Assembly: GCA_903861305.1 (NCBI GenBank)
Contig: CAIOTT010000045.1
Coordinates: forward strand, 1 to 57,333
DNA length: 57,333 nucleotides
Direction: 5' to 3'
Source: Candidatus Omnitrophota bacterium
GTDB lineage: Bacteria; Omnitrophota; Gorgyraeia; Zapsychrales; Fredricksoniimonadaceae
A model generated the notes under the pieces. It saw only the letters and a list, made by a program, of their open reading frames with translations. It did no database searches and was not told where the DNA came from. Positions 11,627 through 21,726 of this stretch are shown here, one piece after another (the stretch's first letter is position 1; each line of letters begins with the position of its first letter). A program made the position numbers and the translations under genes.

Positions 11627-11655
11627 TTGCTTAATTTATGCGGCGGATGTATAAT
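11627..11655 (+). promoter_or_regulatory. Sigma70-type promoter upstream of B12-sensor cassette
   Basis: TTGCTT (11627-11632), 17 bp spacer, TATAAT (11650-11655) in an AT-rich intergenic region. Confidence 0.55.
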
Positions 11656-11748
11656 ATGTTAATATTTTTATGTTTGTTCATGCGCTTCTTTTTAAAGAGT
11701 TCAGCTGATCATTATAAGTTTTATGCCATTTATGGATAAAGGAAATCA

Positions 11749-12402
11749 ATGATCTCGGAGTCACTTTATCAGGAATATCTCTCCTTTTTGCTAAAAGGGA
11801 ACAAATCAGGCTGTGCCAGGATCGTGGACGGGCTCATTGCCGATAACATTGACCTTGAGACATTGTATTTATCCCTTTTTAAAAGATCGTTGTATGAAAT
11901 AGGCGACCTGTGGGTGGCCAATAAAGTCTCTGTGGCGACGGAACACTTGTGCACGGCGATCACCGAAGCCTTGATGACCCAGGCCTATCCGCTCATATTC
12001 AGGCAGGTGCATACCGGCAAAAAAGCGGTGGTCGCGTGTGTAGCCAACGAGTATCATCAGATCGGCGGCAAGATGGTCGCTGATGTCCTTGAGCTTTATG
12101 GTTGGGACACTTATTTCCTTGGTTCTAACGTTCCTGTCGAAGGGCTTATTGCAACTATCCAGGAAAGGCATCCGCAACTGCTTTGCCTGTCGTTAAGCAT
12201 AAGTTCCAATTTTAACAGCCTGGATAAAACCATCAAGCTGGTAAGGATCAAGTGGGCTGAATTGCCGATATTCGTCGGGGGAAAGGCTTTCGAGTTTATG
12301 CCGCCGACGGTCCTTGATGCTTATAGCCATGTGAAGCTCGTCAATTCCCTGCCCGACCTGAAATTTCAACTGTTGACCTTTGGAGATGACCGTGCCCGAT
12401 AA
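11749..12402 (+). CDS. Stand-alone cobalamin-binding protein (four-helix cap + Rossmann domain), CarH-type motifs
   Basis: W-x9-EH (WVANKVSVATEH), ExHxxG (EYHQIG), LSLS and VGG motifs; no HTH. Confidence 0.88.
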   Translation: MISESLYQEYLSFLLKGNKSGCARIVDGLIADNIDLETLYLSLFKRSLYEIGDLWVANKVSVATEHLCTAITEALMTQAYPLIFRQVHTGKKAVVACVANEYHQIGGKMVADVLELYGWDTYFLGSNVPVEGLIATIQERHPQLLCLSLSISSNFNSLDKTIKLVRIKWAELPIFVGGKAFEFMPPTVLDAYSHVKLVNSLPDLKFQLLTFGDDRAR

Positions 12403-13027
12403 TATTGATGCGGCTTTAATGGAGTATCTGCGCTTGCACGCTTCCTTTCTTTATTTCATGCTGGATAAAGACAGCAAGATCATCGGGACCAACCAGTTCA
12501 CAGCGAAGATCATTGGCAGGGATATCGTGGGGGTGCCGTTCCAGGACCTGTTCGTTGATTTTTGTGATATGGGCGGCCCTTCGGCTTATTTCAGCGAGGA
12601 CAAGAAGGGCGGATTCTTTCCGTTGAGCGTTAACACTTCCGATGGCCTTCCCAGGACGTTCTATTTCATGTTCTTTGACCTTGGCGATGTGCGGGTTGCC
12701 TTTGGTGACCAGAACCATGAAGAGGTCGATAACCTTCAGAGGCAGTTCCTGACCCTTAACAGTGAACTTGGGAATATAACCCGTGAGCTGCAGAAAAAGA
12801 ATATGGAACTGGAAAACGCGATCAGGAAAGTAAGGACACTGGAAGGCATATTGCCGCTTTGTGCCAGTTGCAAGAAGATCCGCATTGAAGGGTCGGATCC
12901 GCGTGATCAGAAAAGCTGGTTGCGCATGGAGAACTATATCGAGGGCAAAACAGATGCCCAATTCTCGCACGGCGTTTGTCCTGAATGCCTTGAAAAGTTA
13001 TACCCGATGCCGAGACCGCAGCATTAA
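12386..13027 (+). CDS. PAS-like/coiled-coil protein with C-terminal Cys-rich signalling domain
   Basis: PAS-like N-terminus, coiled coil, then LEGILPLCASCKKIR...FSHGVCPEC. Overlaps the upstream gene. Confidence 0.75.
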   Translation: MTVPDNIDAALMEYLRLHASFLYFMLDKDSKIIGTNQFTAKIIGRDIVGVPFQDLFVDFCDMGGPSAYFSEDKKGGFFPLSVNTSDGLPRTFYFMFFDLGDVRVAFGDQNHEEVDNLQRQFLTLNSELGNITRELQKKNMELENAIRKVRTLEGILPLCASCKKIRIEGSDPRDQKSWLRMENYIEGKTDAQFSHGVCPECLEKLYPMPRPQH

Positions 13028-13055
13028 CGGATCAAACCCAGGAACCGGGTGAGTC

Positions 13056-13631
13056 ATGCCTCTCACGTCAGATAAAGCTCCCAGAAAATTCAAAGGCATC
13101 AAGAAATTTGTCAAAAAAGGCCTGATCATTGTCCACACGGGCAAGGGTGAAGGGAAGTCCACCGCTGCCTTTGGGACCGTGGTACGGGCGCTGGGCTGGG
13201 GCCACAAGGTGGGGATCGTGCAGTTCATGAAGGGGCCCTGGAAGACCGGCGAAATGGAATTTCTCAAGAAACTTCCGGGCCGGTGCACGATCTTTTCCAT
13301 GGGCAAAGGGTTTACCTGGGACACCCGGGACCTTGACGAAGATGTCCGCCTGGCGCAGAAAGCCTGGAAGCAATGCTGCGCCATGATCGATGATGAGAAA
13401 TATTTCCTCGTCGTTTTCGACGAGATCAATTATGCCATGAAGTATAATTTTATCGACGTCAAGGAAGTCTTGCGCAAACTCAAGCACAAACCGCTCTTGA
13501 AACATGTGATGCTGACGGGCAACGGCGTTCCGAAGGAGATCATCAAGATCGCGGATCAGGTCACTGAAATGAGATGCATCAAACACCCTTATCAAAAGGG
13601 GATCAATGCCCAGCCGGGCATTGATTATTGA
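13056..13631 (+). CDS. cobO: Cob(I)yrinic acid a,c-diamide adenosyltransferase (CobA/CobO/BtuR type)
   Basis: GLIIVHTGKGEGKSTAAFG, VQFMKG, DEINYA, KHPY..G..AQPGIDY. Confidence 0.93.
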   Translation: MPLTSDKAPRKFKGIKKFVKKGLIIVHTGKGEGKSTAAFGTVVRALGWGHKVGIVQFMKGPWKTGEMEFLKKLPGRCTIFSMGKGFTWDTRDLDEDVRLAQKAWKQCCAMIDDEKYFLVVFDEINYAMKYNFIDVKEVLRKLKHKPLLKHVMLTGNGVPKEIIKIADQVTEMRCIKHPYQKGINAQPGIDY

Positions 13632-13658
13632 TCCTAGATAAATAATTTCCTGGGAAGT

Positions 13659-14420
13659 TCAATCACCGGCGATAAGGTCCCTGACGACGGCTGAAGCTGC
13701 CACCAGTCCGGCCACAGCGGGAATGAAAGATATCGTTCCGGGGATGTCGCGGCGGGTCGAACAGTTGCGGACACTGCTGCCTTTGGGGCAGACGCAGGAG
13801 CGTTTGCAGGAGGCGTCCTCGGTCTCAAAAGGTTCCATGAGCGGCTCTTTGGAGTAGACGACCTTGAGCCTGTCGATGCCGCGCTTGCGCAACTCAATGC
13901 GCATGACCCTGCATAAAGGGCAGACGGATGTGTCAAAAAGGTCAGCCACCTCAAAGCGGGTCGGGTCAAGTTTCTTTCCTGAACCCATGCAGCTGATGAC
14001 CGGGATGCCGAGGGCTTTGGCGCGGATGACAATGTCGATCTTTGCCGTTACGGTATCCAGCGCGTCCACGATGTAATCGTAATCCTTGCGGATGAGCTCT
14101 GCGCCGTTAGCGGGCAGGTAAAATTTTTGGTGGATCTCGACCACGATATCGGGGTTGATATCAAGGATGCGTTCCCGCATGGCCTCGACCTTTGGCCGGC
14201 CGATGGTGGCGCGTGTGGCGTGCAGCTGGCGGTTGATGTTGGTCACGCAAATAAGGTCGTCGTCGACCAGGATGATGCGCCCGATGCCGCAGCGTGCGAA
14301 AGCTTCGGCCGTGTAACTGCCGACACCGCCGATGCCGAATACGGCGACCGTGGCGCGGTACAGTTTTTCGAGCGATCTCTTGCCGATCAGGAGTTCTGTG
14401 CGTGCGAATTGTTTTTTCAT
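13659..14420 (-). CDS. tcdA: tRNA threonylcarbamoyladenosine dehydratase (ThiF family)
   Basis: FARTELLIG, GIGGVGS, TNINRQLHA, CPLCRVMR, VVYSKE. Confidence 0.9.
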   Translation of the reverse strand: MKKQFARTELLIGKRSLEKLYRATVAVFGIGGVGSYTAEAFARCGIGRIILVDDDLICVTNINRQLHATRATIGRPKVEAMRERILDINPDIVVEIHQKFYLPANGAELIRKDYDYIVDALDTVTAKIDIVIRAKALGIPVISCMGSGKKLDPTRFEVADLFDTSVCPLCRVMRIELRKRGIDRLKVVYSKEPLMEPFETEDASCKRSCVCPKGSSVRNCSTRRDIPGTISFIPAVAGLVAASAVVRDLIAGD

Positions 14421-14545
14421 AAGTTTTGGTCCTAGAAGGATACCATATCAAGGGGATCCTGCCAGTAAAGTTTACATGCATTTTTAACGCCATAGATCAT
14501 AGAAAAGCGTTGTAATAGTTATATTTATGAGTATATTCATAATAT

Positions 14546-15448
14546 ATGGATTTGCATAACCCCACCCCTGCAATTCTTTTCGTTGCCCTCATTTTATTAG
14601 CCGTCTGTATCGCTTTGTTCGCGCTCTTTCAAAGGGCAAAGGGCGCCGCTTCCAGTGCCGTTGAACTGGCGCGTCTCAAGGCCCTGGAGCTGGAGCGCAG
14701 CCTGGCTGACCAGAAAGTCCTCACAGAACGCCTGATCGATCTGGAGAATTTTACCGCGCTGGCAGAGTTGACGTCCGGCATTGCGCATGAGTTGAATCAG
14801 CCCTTGAACGTGACCAAGATGATCTGCCAGGGTACATTGCATGATATCCAGAAGAACCGGTTTTCCCTGGAAGACGTTAAAAGGGATATACCTGAGATCG
14901 TCAGCCAGATGAACAGGCTTGCCGACATAGTCGCCCATATGCGCGTTCTGACCCGGCCCAGGGGCAAGATGTCCCTGGAAAAGATGGATATCACGCTGCC
15001 CGTCAATAATGCCCTGCAGTTCATTACGCACCAGTACAAAAGCCACAAGATCGATGTTCAGCTGGCCCTGGCAACGGGCCTTCCGTATATTAAGGCGGAA
15101 CCTGTCCGCTTTGAACAGACCGTCCTCAATCTTCTGAATCAGTCCCGTCGCCGCATTGAATCTTCTGACAGCACGCTCAGGAAGATAACCTTAAGGACAT
15201 ATACCGCTGTCGACGGGCGCGAGGTTGTTCTGGAGGTTGCCGATAATATCCCTGTGCTTTCTTCGGAGTTGCCGGCGGGTGCCGGCGCAGATCTGTTCCT
15301 GGCAGGGTGCCAGAGGACAGTGACGGCCATGGAGGGGCGGCTCGACCTGGAGGTCAGGCCTGCCGAAGGGAAGGTTTTTAAAGTCATTTTCGCGGCTGTT
15401 GCACAACCGCCTGCCGCAGAGGCCGGGAAAAAGGAGCTGTCGCCTTGA
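14546..15448 (+). CDS. Membrane-anchored histidine kinase-like protein with degenerate ATPase domain
   Basis: One TM segment and H-box IAHELNQPL; N/G boxes altered (NLLNQSRR, ADNIPV, GADLFL). Confidence 0.75.
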   Translation: MDLHNPTPAILFVALILLAVCIALFALFQRAKGAASSAVELARLKALELERSLADQKVLTERLIDLENFTALAELTSGIAHELNQPLNVTKMICQGTLHDIQKNRFSLEDVKRDIPEIVSQMNRLADIVAHMRVLTRPRGKMSLEKMDITLPVNNALQFITHQYKSHKIDVQLALATGLPYIKAEPVRFEQTVLNLLNQSRRRIESSDSTLRKITLRTYTAVDGREVVLEVADNIPVLSSELPAGAGADLFLAGCQRTVTAMEGRLDLEVRPAEGKVFKVIFAAVAQPPAAEAGKKELSP

Positions 15449-15822
15449 GCAAGATCCTTATTGTCAACGATACCCCGATCATCAATAAACTTCTCAAGCG
15501 CGGCCTGGAATCCGCGGACTTTCTTGTCGATACGGTCATTTTAGGCCAGGAAGGTGTCGCGCAAGCCAAGGCCCAACCCTACGACATTATCCTTCTGGAT
15601 TACAATTTGCCGGACATTAACGGCGATGTGGTTTGCAAGGCGATCAAGGCGGATTCTCTCAACAAGGCCACACCGGTCTATTATATTTCTTCGCTCGACA
15701 AGGACTCCCTTGACCAGGTGATCGCCGATACCGGGGCCTCCGGATTCCTTGATATCGCTGTTGATGTAGAAGAACTGTGCGCGAAGATCAAGGTTTTGCT
15801 GGGAGGCCCGTCCCATGGGTGA
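15445..15822 (+). CDS. Atypical single-domain response regulator
   Basis: KILIVNDT and ILLDYNLP; the conserved Lys-Pro is replaced (FLDIA). TTG start overlaps the upstream stop. Confidence 0.8.
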   Translation: MSKILIVNDTPIINKLLKRGLESADFLVDTVILGQEGVAQAKAQPYDIILLDYNLPDINGDVVCKAIKADSLNKATPVYYISSLDKDSLDQVIADTGASGFLDIAVDVEELCAKIKVLLGGPSHG

Positions 15823-16318
15823 ACATCAGCGCGTGACGTTAAGGGAAGAGGATCTTTACGCCAAGGCCGAGGCCAGGGAAGATACGCTGACCCTGGTCGT
15901 GTTCAGGCTCGCCAGCGAATGGTACGGCATCAAGATCGCGGATGTGAATGAGGTCCTTAACGTTGAGAAGATCGCATTCCTTCCCTCAAGCCCTGAATAT
16001 ATCGCCGGTATATTCAACCTCAGGGGCAATATCCTTTCCGTCACAGACCTGAGAAAGGTGTTTGGCCTCCCGCACGAGGAACTGACCGCGCGTTCAAGGC
16101 TTGTCGTCATCAGTTCAGGCGCGCTTGAAACAGGGCTCCTGGTGGATGAAGTTGTGGAGCCTCTGGAGGTGCCGCTCAGCCGTATCGATCCGGCGCTGGT
16201 GACCATTGCCCCTGACAGGGCTGAATGTCTTTCCGGGACGACGCATATTGACAAGAAGTTCATCGGGATATTAAAGATCGAAATGATCCTCAGGGCTATT
16301 GAAAGGAATGCGCCATGA
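15815..16318 (+). CDS. cheW: Chemotaxis adaptor CheW
   Basis: [35 protein letters not shown]. Confidence 0.92.
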   Translation: MGEHQRVTLREEDLYAKAEAREDTLTLVVFRLASEWYGIKIADVNEVLNVEKIAFLPSSPEYIAGIFNLRGNILSVTDLRKVFGLPHEELTARSRLVVISSGALETGLLVDEVVEPLEVPLSRIDPALVTIAPDRAECLSGTTHIDKKFIGILKIEMILRAIERNAP

Positions 16319-17925
16319 ACTTTGTATTGACGCTGAAGAAAAAGTTGATCCTGGGGATCCTTGCGGCGTTCATCCTGATCATCATCCCTGTCGGGTATGT
16401 GATCACCTATTACAACCAGACTTTTGACAGGTTCCAGGTCCTTTCGAGCGTGCGCCTGCAGCAGGCGCAGCTTATTGCGGACACACAGCTCGCCTTCGGT
16501 TCCCAGGTCCAGGCGTGGAAGGACATCCTTGTCAGGTTCCAGGAGCCTGATGAGTTCCACAAGGCCAAGGCTGAGCTTTCGAAAGAGCAGGCGCAGGTGG
16601 CGGTCGATATCAATTTTCTCAAGAACGGGAAACTCCGGCTCGTTGATGAGAAAGATAAGGTGAAGCTGGCCCAGTTCGAGGAAAAGTTCAATGTCCTCAA
16701 GAATGAATACCAGGACGCCTTGAAGGTGCTTGAGTCAGGTTCTGTGGATGCACTGAACGCGGATGTCTTTCTCAGGGGCAGGGATAGCCATATCATTGAA
16801 TTGCTGAGCCAGATCCAGGTCGAGAATGTCAAGCAGATCCAGGCGGAATTTGATGCTGTCGAGGCGCATCAGAAAAGCGTGGAAGTCCTGGTCGTTCTGG
16901 CGCTGCTCCTTGCCTTCGGCACGGGATTCCTGCTGATCGTATGGTTCGCGGGGAGCGCGGCAAGGTCCCTGCGGCTTGTCGTCAACAGGACCAACGAGAT
17001 CGCCAAAGCATCCGGGAACCTGAATGCCACTATCCCTGTTACGAGCAACGATGAGGTAGGGGAGCTGGCCGGGGCTTTTAACCGGCTGCTGGGAGGGATC
17101 AAGGGGATCGTGATGCAGATCCATGCGGTCGGTTCGGAGATGGCTTCTTCCGCGCGGCAGATCAGCGCGGCCACGCATGAGCAGGCTGCCGGGGCTACAG
17201 AACAGGCTTCCGCGGTGAACGAGGCTTCGACCACGGTCAAGGAACTGGCCGTGACAGCAGCCCAGATCGCGCAGAACGCCGAGAGTGTGGCGGATACGGC
17301 GCAACGCACCATGGCCGGGATGCAGGAGATCAACGTGCGTGTTGACGGTACCGCGAAGAAGATCATGCTGCTGGGAGAGAAGTCGCAGGCGATCGGCAAT
17401 ATCACAAAACTTATCGATGGCATCGCGGAGCAGACCAATTTGCTTGCTCTGAACGCCGCGATCGAAGCCGCGCGGGCAGGGACGGCCGGCCGGGGGTTCG
17501 CGGTGGTGGCGCAGGAGGTCAGGAAGCTCGCGGAACGCTCTTCGGAGTCAACGGAAGAGATACGCCAGCTGATCACGGAGATACAGGTTGAGACCAACGC
17601 GACGATCATCGGGATCGAGGATTCTGTCAAATGGGTGCAGCGGGGCGTTGAAATGATCCATGAAACCGCGACGTCCGCGAAGGAGATATCGATCGCGACC
17701 CAGCAGCAGCGGACCGCTTCCGAGCAGACGGTACAGGCGATGCAGAACATCAACGCGGTGACCAAACAGTTTGCAGCGTCGACAAAACAGGCGGCCGCGG
17801 CGGCGGAAGGTTTGAGCGAACTGGCCCAGAAGCTGAAGTCATCCATTGAAGGGTTCAGGGAGGAAGACAAGGGGCCGGATGGGAAAAACATGGAAGTCCT
17901 GGCAAGGAAGGGGCGTAACGTATGA
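16315..17925 (+). CDS. Methyl-accepting chemotaxis protein (4HB-like sensor, HAMP)
   Basis: Two TM segments, HAMP (DEVGELA), [20 protein letters not shown]. Confidence 0.93.
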   Translation: MNFVLTLKKKLILGILAAFILIIIPVGYVITYYNQTFDRFQVLSSVRLQQAQLIADTQLAFGSQVQAWKDILVRFQEPDEFHKAKAELSKEQAQVAVDINFLKNGKLRLVDEKDKVKLAQFEEKFNVLKNEYQDALKVLESGSVDALNADVFLRGRDSHIIELLSQIQVENVKQIQAEFDAVEAHQKSVEVLVVLALLLAFGTGFLLIVWFAGSAARSLRLVVNRTNEIAKASGNLNATIPVTSNDEVGELAGAFNRLLGGIKGIVMQIHAVGSEMASSARQISAATHEQAAGATEQASAVNEASTTVKELAVTAAQIAQNAESVADTAQRTMAGMQEINVRVDGTAKKIMLLGEKSQAIGNITKLIDGIAEQTNLLALNAAIEAARAGTAGRGFAVVAQEVRKLAERSSESTEEIRQLITEIQVETNATIIGIEDSVKWVQRGVEMIHETATSAKEISIATQQQRTASEQTVQAMQNINAVTKQFAASTKQAAAAAEGLSELAQKLKSSIEGFREEDKGPDGKNMEVLARKGRNV

Positions 17926-18728
17926 GAAGAGTTCTTGGCATCACGTTGATCCTGTGGGCGGTTTGCGGCCTTGGCGTAATGGCCGCCGCTGAAACGATCT
18001 CGTTCAGGGCAGATCCATGGATGCCTTATACCGGCGATCCCGCTTCCGATCACCCGGGGTATTGCATTGAGCTCATCAAGGCTGTTTTTGAACCTGAAGG
18101 GTATGCGGTCGATTACCAGGCCATGCCGTGGGCGCGTGATGTCCGCGATGTGCAGTCCGGCGAGATCAACGCGATCGTCGGCGCCAGTCACACCGATTGC
18201 CCCCAGTGTATTTTTCCTCAAAAACCTGTCGGGATGATCCAGAATTTCTTTTATGTGAAAAAAGGTTCTTCCTGGGTTTTCAAGGGTGTCAGTTCCCTGA
18301 AAGGATTGCGCCTGGGTGTCATTGACGGGTATTCCTATGATGACGGCGTCCTGGATGCCTATATCAAGGATGGCAAAGCCCCTGATATCCAGAAGGCGAC
18401 CGGTGATACGGCGTTGATGACGAATATCAAAAAGCTGGATGCGGGCCGGCTGGATGTTGTTGTTGAGAATAATTATGTCTTCAGCAGTGGGGTGACGGGG
18501 CTTGGCCTGCCTTCCGACGGATTCATTGTCGCCGGGCAAGCGAATGAATTTCAGGATATTTTCATTGCGTTCGCACCAGGGAAGATCAATTCAGGGGTCT
18601 ATATGAAGATATGGGACAAGGGTATCGCGAAGCTGCGCGGGTCCGGAAAGCTTGCCAGTATCCTGGCGAGGTACTCTCTTCCCGACTGGGAGCAACCTCA
18701 TCCGGCCGCCATACCACAGGGGAAATAA
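17922..18728 (+). CDS. Periplasmic substrate-binding protein (SBP_bac_3-like)
   Basis: Signal peptide; [22 protein letters not shown] motifs. Confidence 0.85.
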   Translation: MRRVLGITLILWAVCGLGVMAAAETISFRADPWMPYTGDPASDHPGYCIELIKAVFEPEGYAVDYQAMPWARDVRDVQSGEINAIVGASHTDCPQCIFPQKPVGMIQNFFYVKKGSSWVFKGVSSLKGLRLGVIDGYSYDDGVLDAYIKDGKAPDIQKATGDTALMTNIKKLDAGRLDVVVENNYVFSSGVTGLGLPSDGFIVAGQANEFQDIFIAFAPGKINSGVYMKIWDKGIAKLRGSGKLASILARYSLPDWEQPHPAAIPQGK

Positions 18729-18729
18729 T

Positions 18730-20166
18730 ATGTCGATCCGCAACAAGTTGATCCTTTCGATCTTGTGTGTTGTCACGGTCTGTGTCGGCGGGGTACAGTT
18801 GCTCAATCTGAAGATCGAACGCGACCTGCTGCGCCGTGAATGGGACCAGGGTTCGGAGGAGATCCTGAAAAGGCTTTCTACGACACTTCCCCAGGCATTA
18901 TATGACTTTGCCACAGACCAGATCAACAAGACGCTTCAGTCGGAAGCGGATCACAAGGGTGTTGCGGCCATTATCCTTCAGGACCAGAAAGGTGAGATCG
19001 TTACCGGTTTTGCCAGGGATGATAAAGGAGCAACGTTCAAGATCACTGAATTGCCGTCAGGAGCGATCAATGTCCGCAAGGTAGATATCATCCACACTGA
19101 TCCCCGGCAGGTGCTGGGGAGGGTTTTGCTCTATGAAGATGAAAGGTATCTGACGCAGATCATCAGCGGGATGGCCTTGACCGCGGCGGCGGAAGTCCTT
19201 GTGATGGACGTGATCGTTCTTTTCCTGCTGGCTTACCTTCTTGAGAGGGTCCTTCGCAGGCCTTTGGCTGCCATGACCGAAAGATTGAAAGAGGGCGAAG
19301 GCGACCTCACCAAGCGCATGGATACGTTCGCCAGTGACGAGATCGCGGATGTGGCCAGGGCTTTTAACGAGTTCATCGAAAAGATCCAGGGGGTGGTCGT
19401 CCAGGTCAAGACGGATGTGGCGCAGATGAACACTTCCTCCTTCCATATTTTTTCTTTTACGCAGGAGCAGTCTGCGGGTGCCACGGAGCAGGCGTCGGCC
19501 GTGAATGAAGCTTCGACCACGGTGAAGGAGCTCGCGGTCACCGCCTCGCAGATCGCCTCGAACGCGGAGAATGTCTCCAAGGTCGCGGAAAGGACCGTGG
19601 CGGGGATGTACGAGATCAATACGCGCGTGGACCAGATGGCGAAAAAGATCCTGGCACTGGGCGAGAAGTCCCAGGCGATCGGCAATATCACGAAGTTCAT
19701 CGACGATATCGCGGAACAGACAAATATGCTCGCGCTCAACGCCGCGATCGAAGCCGCGCGCGCGGGCGAGGCGGGTAAAGGTTTTGCGGTGGTGGCCCAG
19801 GAGGTCAGGAAGCTCGCCGAACGTTCTTCGGAGTCAACGGAAGAGATCCGCCAGCTCATCATGGAGATCCAGGCGGAGATCAACGCGACGATCATGGGGA
19901 TCGAAGATTCGGTCAAGTGGGTGGCGCGGGGCGTGGAGATGATCCGCGAAACGGCCGGATCGGCCAAGGAAATATCGATCGCGACCCAGCAGCAGCGCTC
20001 GGCTTCCGATCAGACCGTGCAGGCCATGCACAATATCAATACCGTAACAAAGCAGTTCGCGGCATCGACGAAGCAGGCGACGACCTCAGCTGAACTTCTG
20101 ACCGCGCTGGCGAAGAAGCTGAAGGTGTCGATCGAGGAGTTCAAACTGCATGAAGGGGGCGCTTGA
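18730..20166 (+). CDS. Methyl-accepting chemotaxis protein
   Basis: Start moved to ATG 18730 (MSIRNKL). Two TM segments, [27 protein letters not shown]. Confidence 0.92.
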   Translation: MSIRNKLILSILCVVTVCVGGVQLLNLKIERDLLRREWDQGSEEILKRLSTTLPQALYDFATDQINKTLQSEADHKGVAAIILQDQKGEIVTGFARDDKGATFKITELPSGAINVRKVDIIHTDPRQVLGRVLLYEDERYLTQIISGMALTAAAEVLVMDVIVLFLLAYLLERVLRRPLAAMTERLKEGEGDLTKRMDTFASDEIADVARAFNEFIEKIQGVVVQVKTDVAQMNTSSFHIFSFTQEQSAGATEQASAVNEASTTVKELAVTASQIASNAENVSKVAERTVAGMYEINTRVDQMAKKILALGEKSQAIGNITKFIDDIAEQTNMLALNAAIEAARAGEAGKGFAVVAQEVRKLAERSSESTEEIRQLIMEIQAEINATIMGIEDSVKWVARGVEMIRETAGSAKEISIATQQQRSASDQTVQAMHNINTVTKQFAASTKQATTSAELLTALAKKLKVSIEEFKLHEGGA

Positions 20167-20170
20167 ATTT

Positions 20171-21709
20171 ATGAAGATCAGAACAAAATTCATGTCATGG
20201 ATATGCGTTATCCTGCTTCTGGGTGGAGCCTGGATCGGCTATTCTTCCTATGATAGTGCCGTCCGACAGTCTACGAGTGACGCGGCCATTTTGGCGGACA
20301 CGATCCGCGAGGCTGTTTACAGTTTCATGCTTGTCGGCCAGCAGTCTATCCTTGACGCGTATCTGGTAAAGGCCCGTAAGGTCGCGTCGGTCGGCGACGT
20401 ACGTGTGGCCAGGTCGGAGGCGCTGGATAGGGAAATTGGTCCAAAGACTAACGCGCCCATGAAAGATGAACTTGAGCTTCAGGTGCTGTCCACCGGACAG
20501 CAGGTCACACGCGAGGTGGTGTTAGGCAAGGCGCACGCCATCCGCTGCGTCACGCCGATCGTTGCCACGCATGCCTGCATCGCCTGCCATACGGGCAGCA
20601 AGGACGGCGATGTTATCGCCGTGCTGAATACGACCGTGCTTTATCAGATGAAGCTTGATGCCATGAAGAGCAACCTGCTGAGCCTTGCGGCTTTTCAGGG
20701 GATATTCATCCTGTGTGTCCTCGGCGCTATTTTTATCATTTTCCACAATTTTATCATGCGGCCGATCAACCGGCTTGGCGGTTTTATCAATAAGTTGACG
20801 CAGGGCGATTTTACGAGCCGTATCGTTATGCGCTCCAAGGGCGCGCCTGAGGCATCGGGGGCTCCTGTTGACGCGGGGATAGACCCCTCTGATGAGATCG
20901 GGGAGCTGGCCGCCATGTTCAACAAGCTGGCCGTTAACCTGCAGGGGCTTATCACGCAGATCCGCGATGCCGGGCTCGAGATCAATGCCTCGGGCAGCCA
21001 GATCAATTCGTTCACCAATGAACAGTCCGTGGGTGCCATTGAACAGGCATCCGCTGTCAATCAAGCCTCGATCACGGTCAAGGAATTGGCGGCCACGGCG
21101 TCACAGATCGCGCAAAACGCCGAGAATGTGGCCAAGCTAGCCGAGCGGAGCATGGCCGGGATGATGGAGATCAACGCGAAAGTGGACGGCAGCGCGAACA
21201 TGATCATGGCACTGGGTCAGAAATCGCAGGCGATCGGCAACATTGCCAAGCTCATTGACGATATCGCTGAACAGACCAATCTTCTGGCATTGAACGCGGC
21301 GATCGAAGCCGCGCGCGCGGGAGATGCCGGGATGGGGTTCGCGGTGGTGGCTGACGAAGTAAGGAAGCTCGCCGAACGCTCGTCCAAGTCTACGGAAGAG
21401 ATCCGCCAGCTCATCACCCAGATCCAGACCGAGACCAGCGCCACCATCCTGGGTATCGAGGACTCGGTGAAATGGGTGGGGAAGGGTGTTGAGATGATCC
21501 GCGAGACCGCGGGGACGGCCAAGGAGATCTCGATCGCGACCCAGCAGCAGAGGACTGCGTCCGATCAGATGGTACAGGCCATGCAGAACATCAATGTCGT
21601 GACCAAACAATTCGCGGCGTCATCCAAGCAGGCAGCTATAGCAACCAACACCTTGAGCGCGCTGGCCCGCAAACTGAAGACGTCCATCGAAGGGCTTAAA
21701 CTCGGATAA
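20171..21709 (+). CDS. Methyl-accepting chemotaxis protein with periplasmic c-type heme motif
   Basis: CIACH between TM1 and TM2; HAMP; MCP signalling hairpin. Confidence 0.9.
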   Translation: MKIRTKFMSWICVILLLGGAWIGYSSYDSAVRQSTSDAAILADTIREAVYSFMLVGQQSILDAYLVKARKVASVGDVRVARSEALDREIGPKTNAPMKDELELQVLSTGQQVTREVVLGKAHAIRCVTPIVATHACIACHTGSKDGDVIAVLNTTVLYQMKLDAMKSNLLSLAAFQGIFILCVLGAIFIIFHNFIMRPINRLGGFINKLTQGDFTSRIVMRSKGAPEASGAPVDAGIDPSDEIGELAAMFNKLAVNLQGLITQIRDAGLEINASGSQINSFTNEQSVGAIEQASAVNQASITVKELAATASQIAQNAENVAKLAERSMAGMMEINAKVDGSANMIMALGQKSQAIGNIAKLIDDIAEQTNLLALNAAIEAARAGDAGMGFAVVADEVRKLAERSSKSTEEIRQLITQIQTETSATILGIEDSVKWVGKGVEMIRETAGTAKEISIATQQQRTASDQMVQAMQNINVVTKQFAASSKQAAIATNTLSALARKLKTSIEGLKLG

Positions 21710-21726
21710 TCATCGAGGCATCAGAC

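Noticed and set aside
16869-18539. 556-aa minus-strand ORF, and similar long antisense ORFs (e.g. 25573-27027, 42997-44178, 41037-41969)
   Set aside because: They lie opposite well-supported + strand genes and show no recognisable motifs; typical shadow ORFs.
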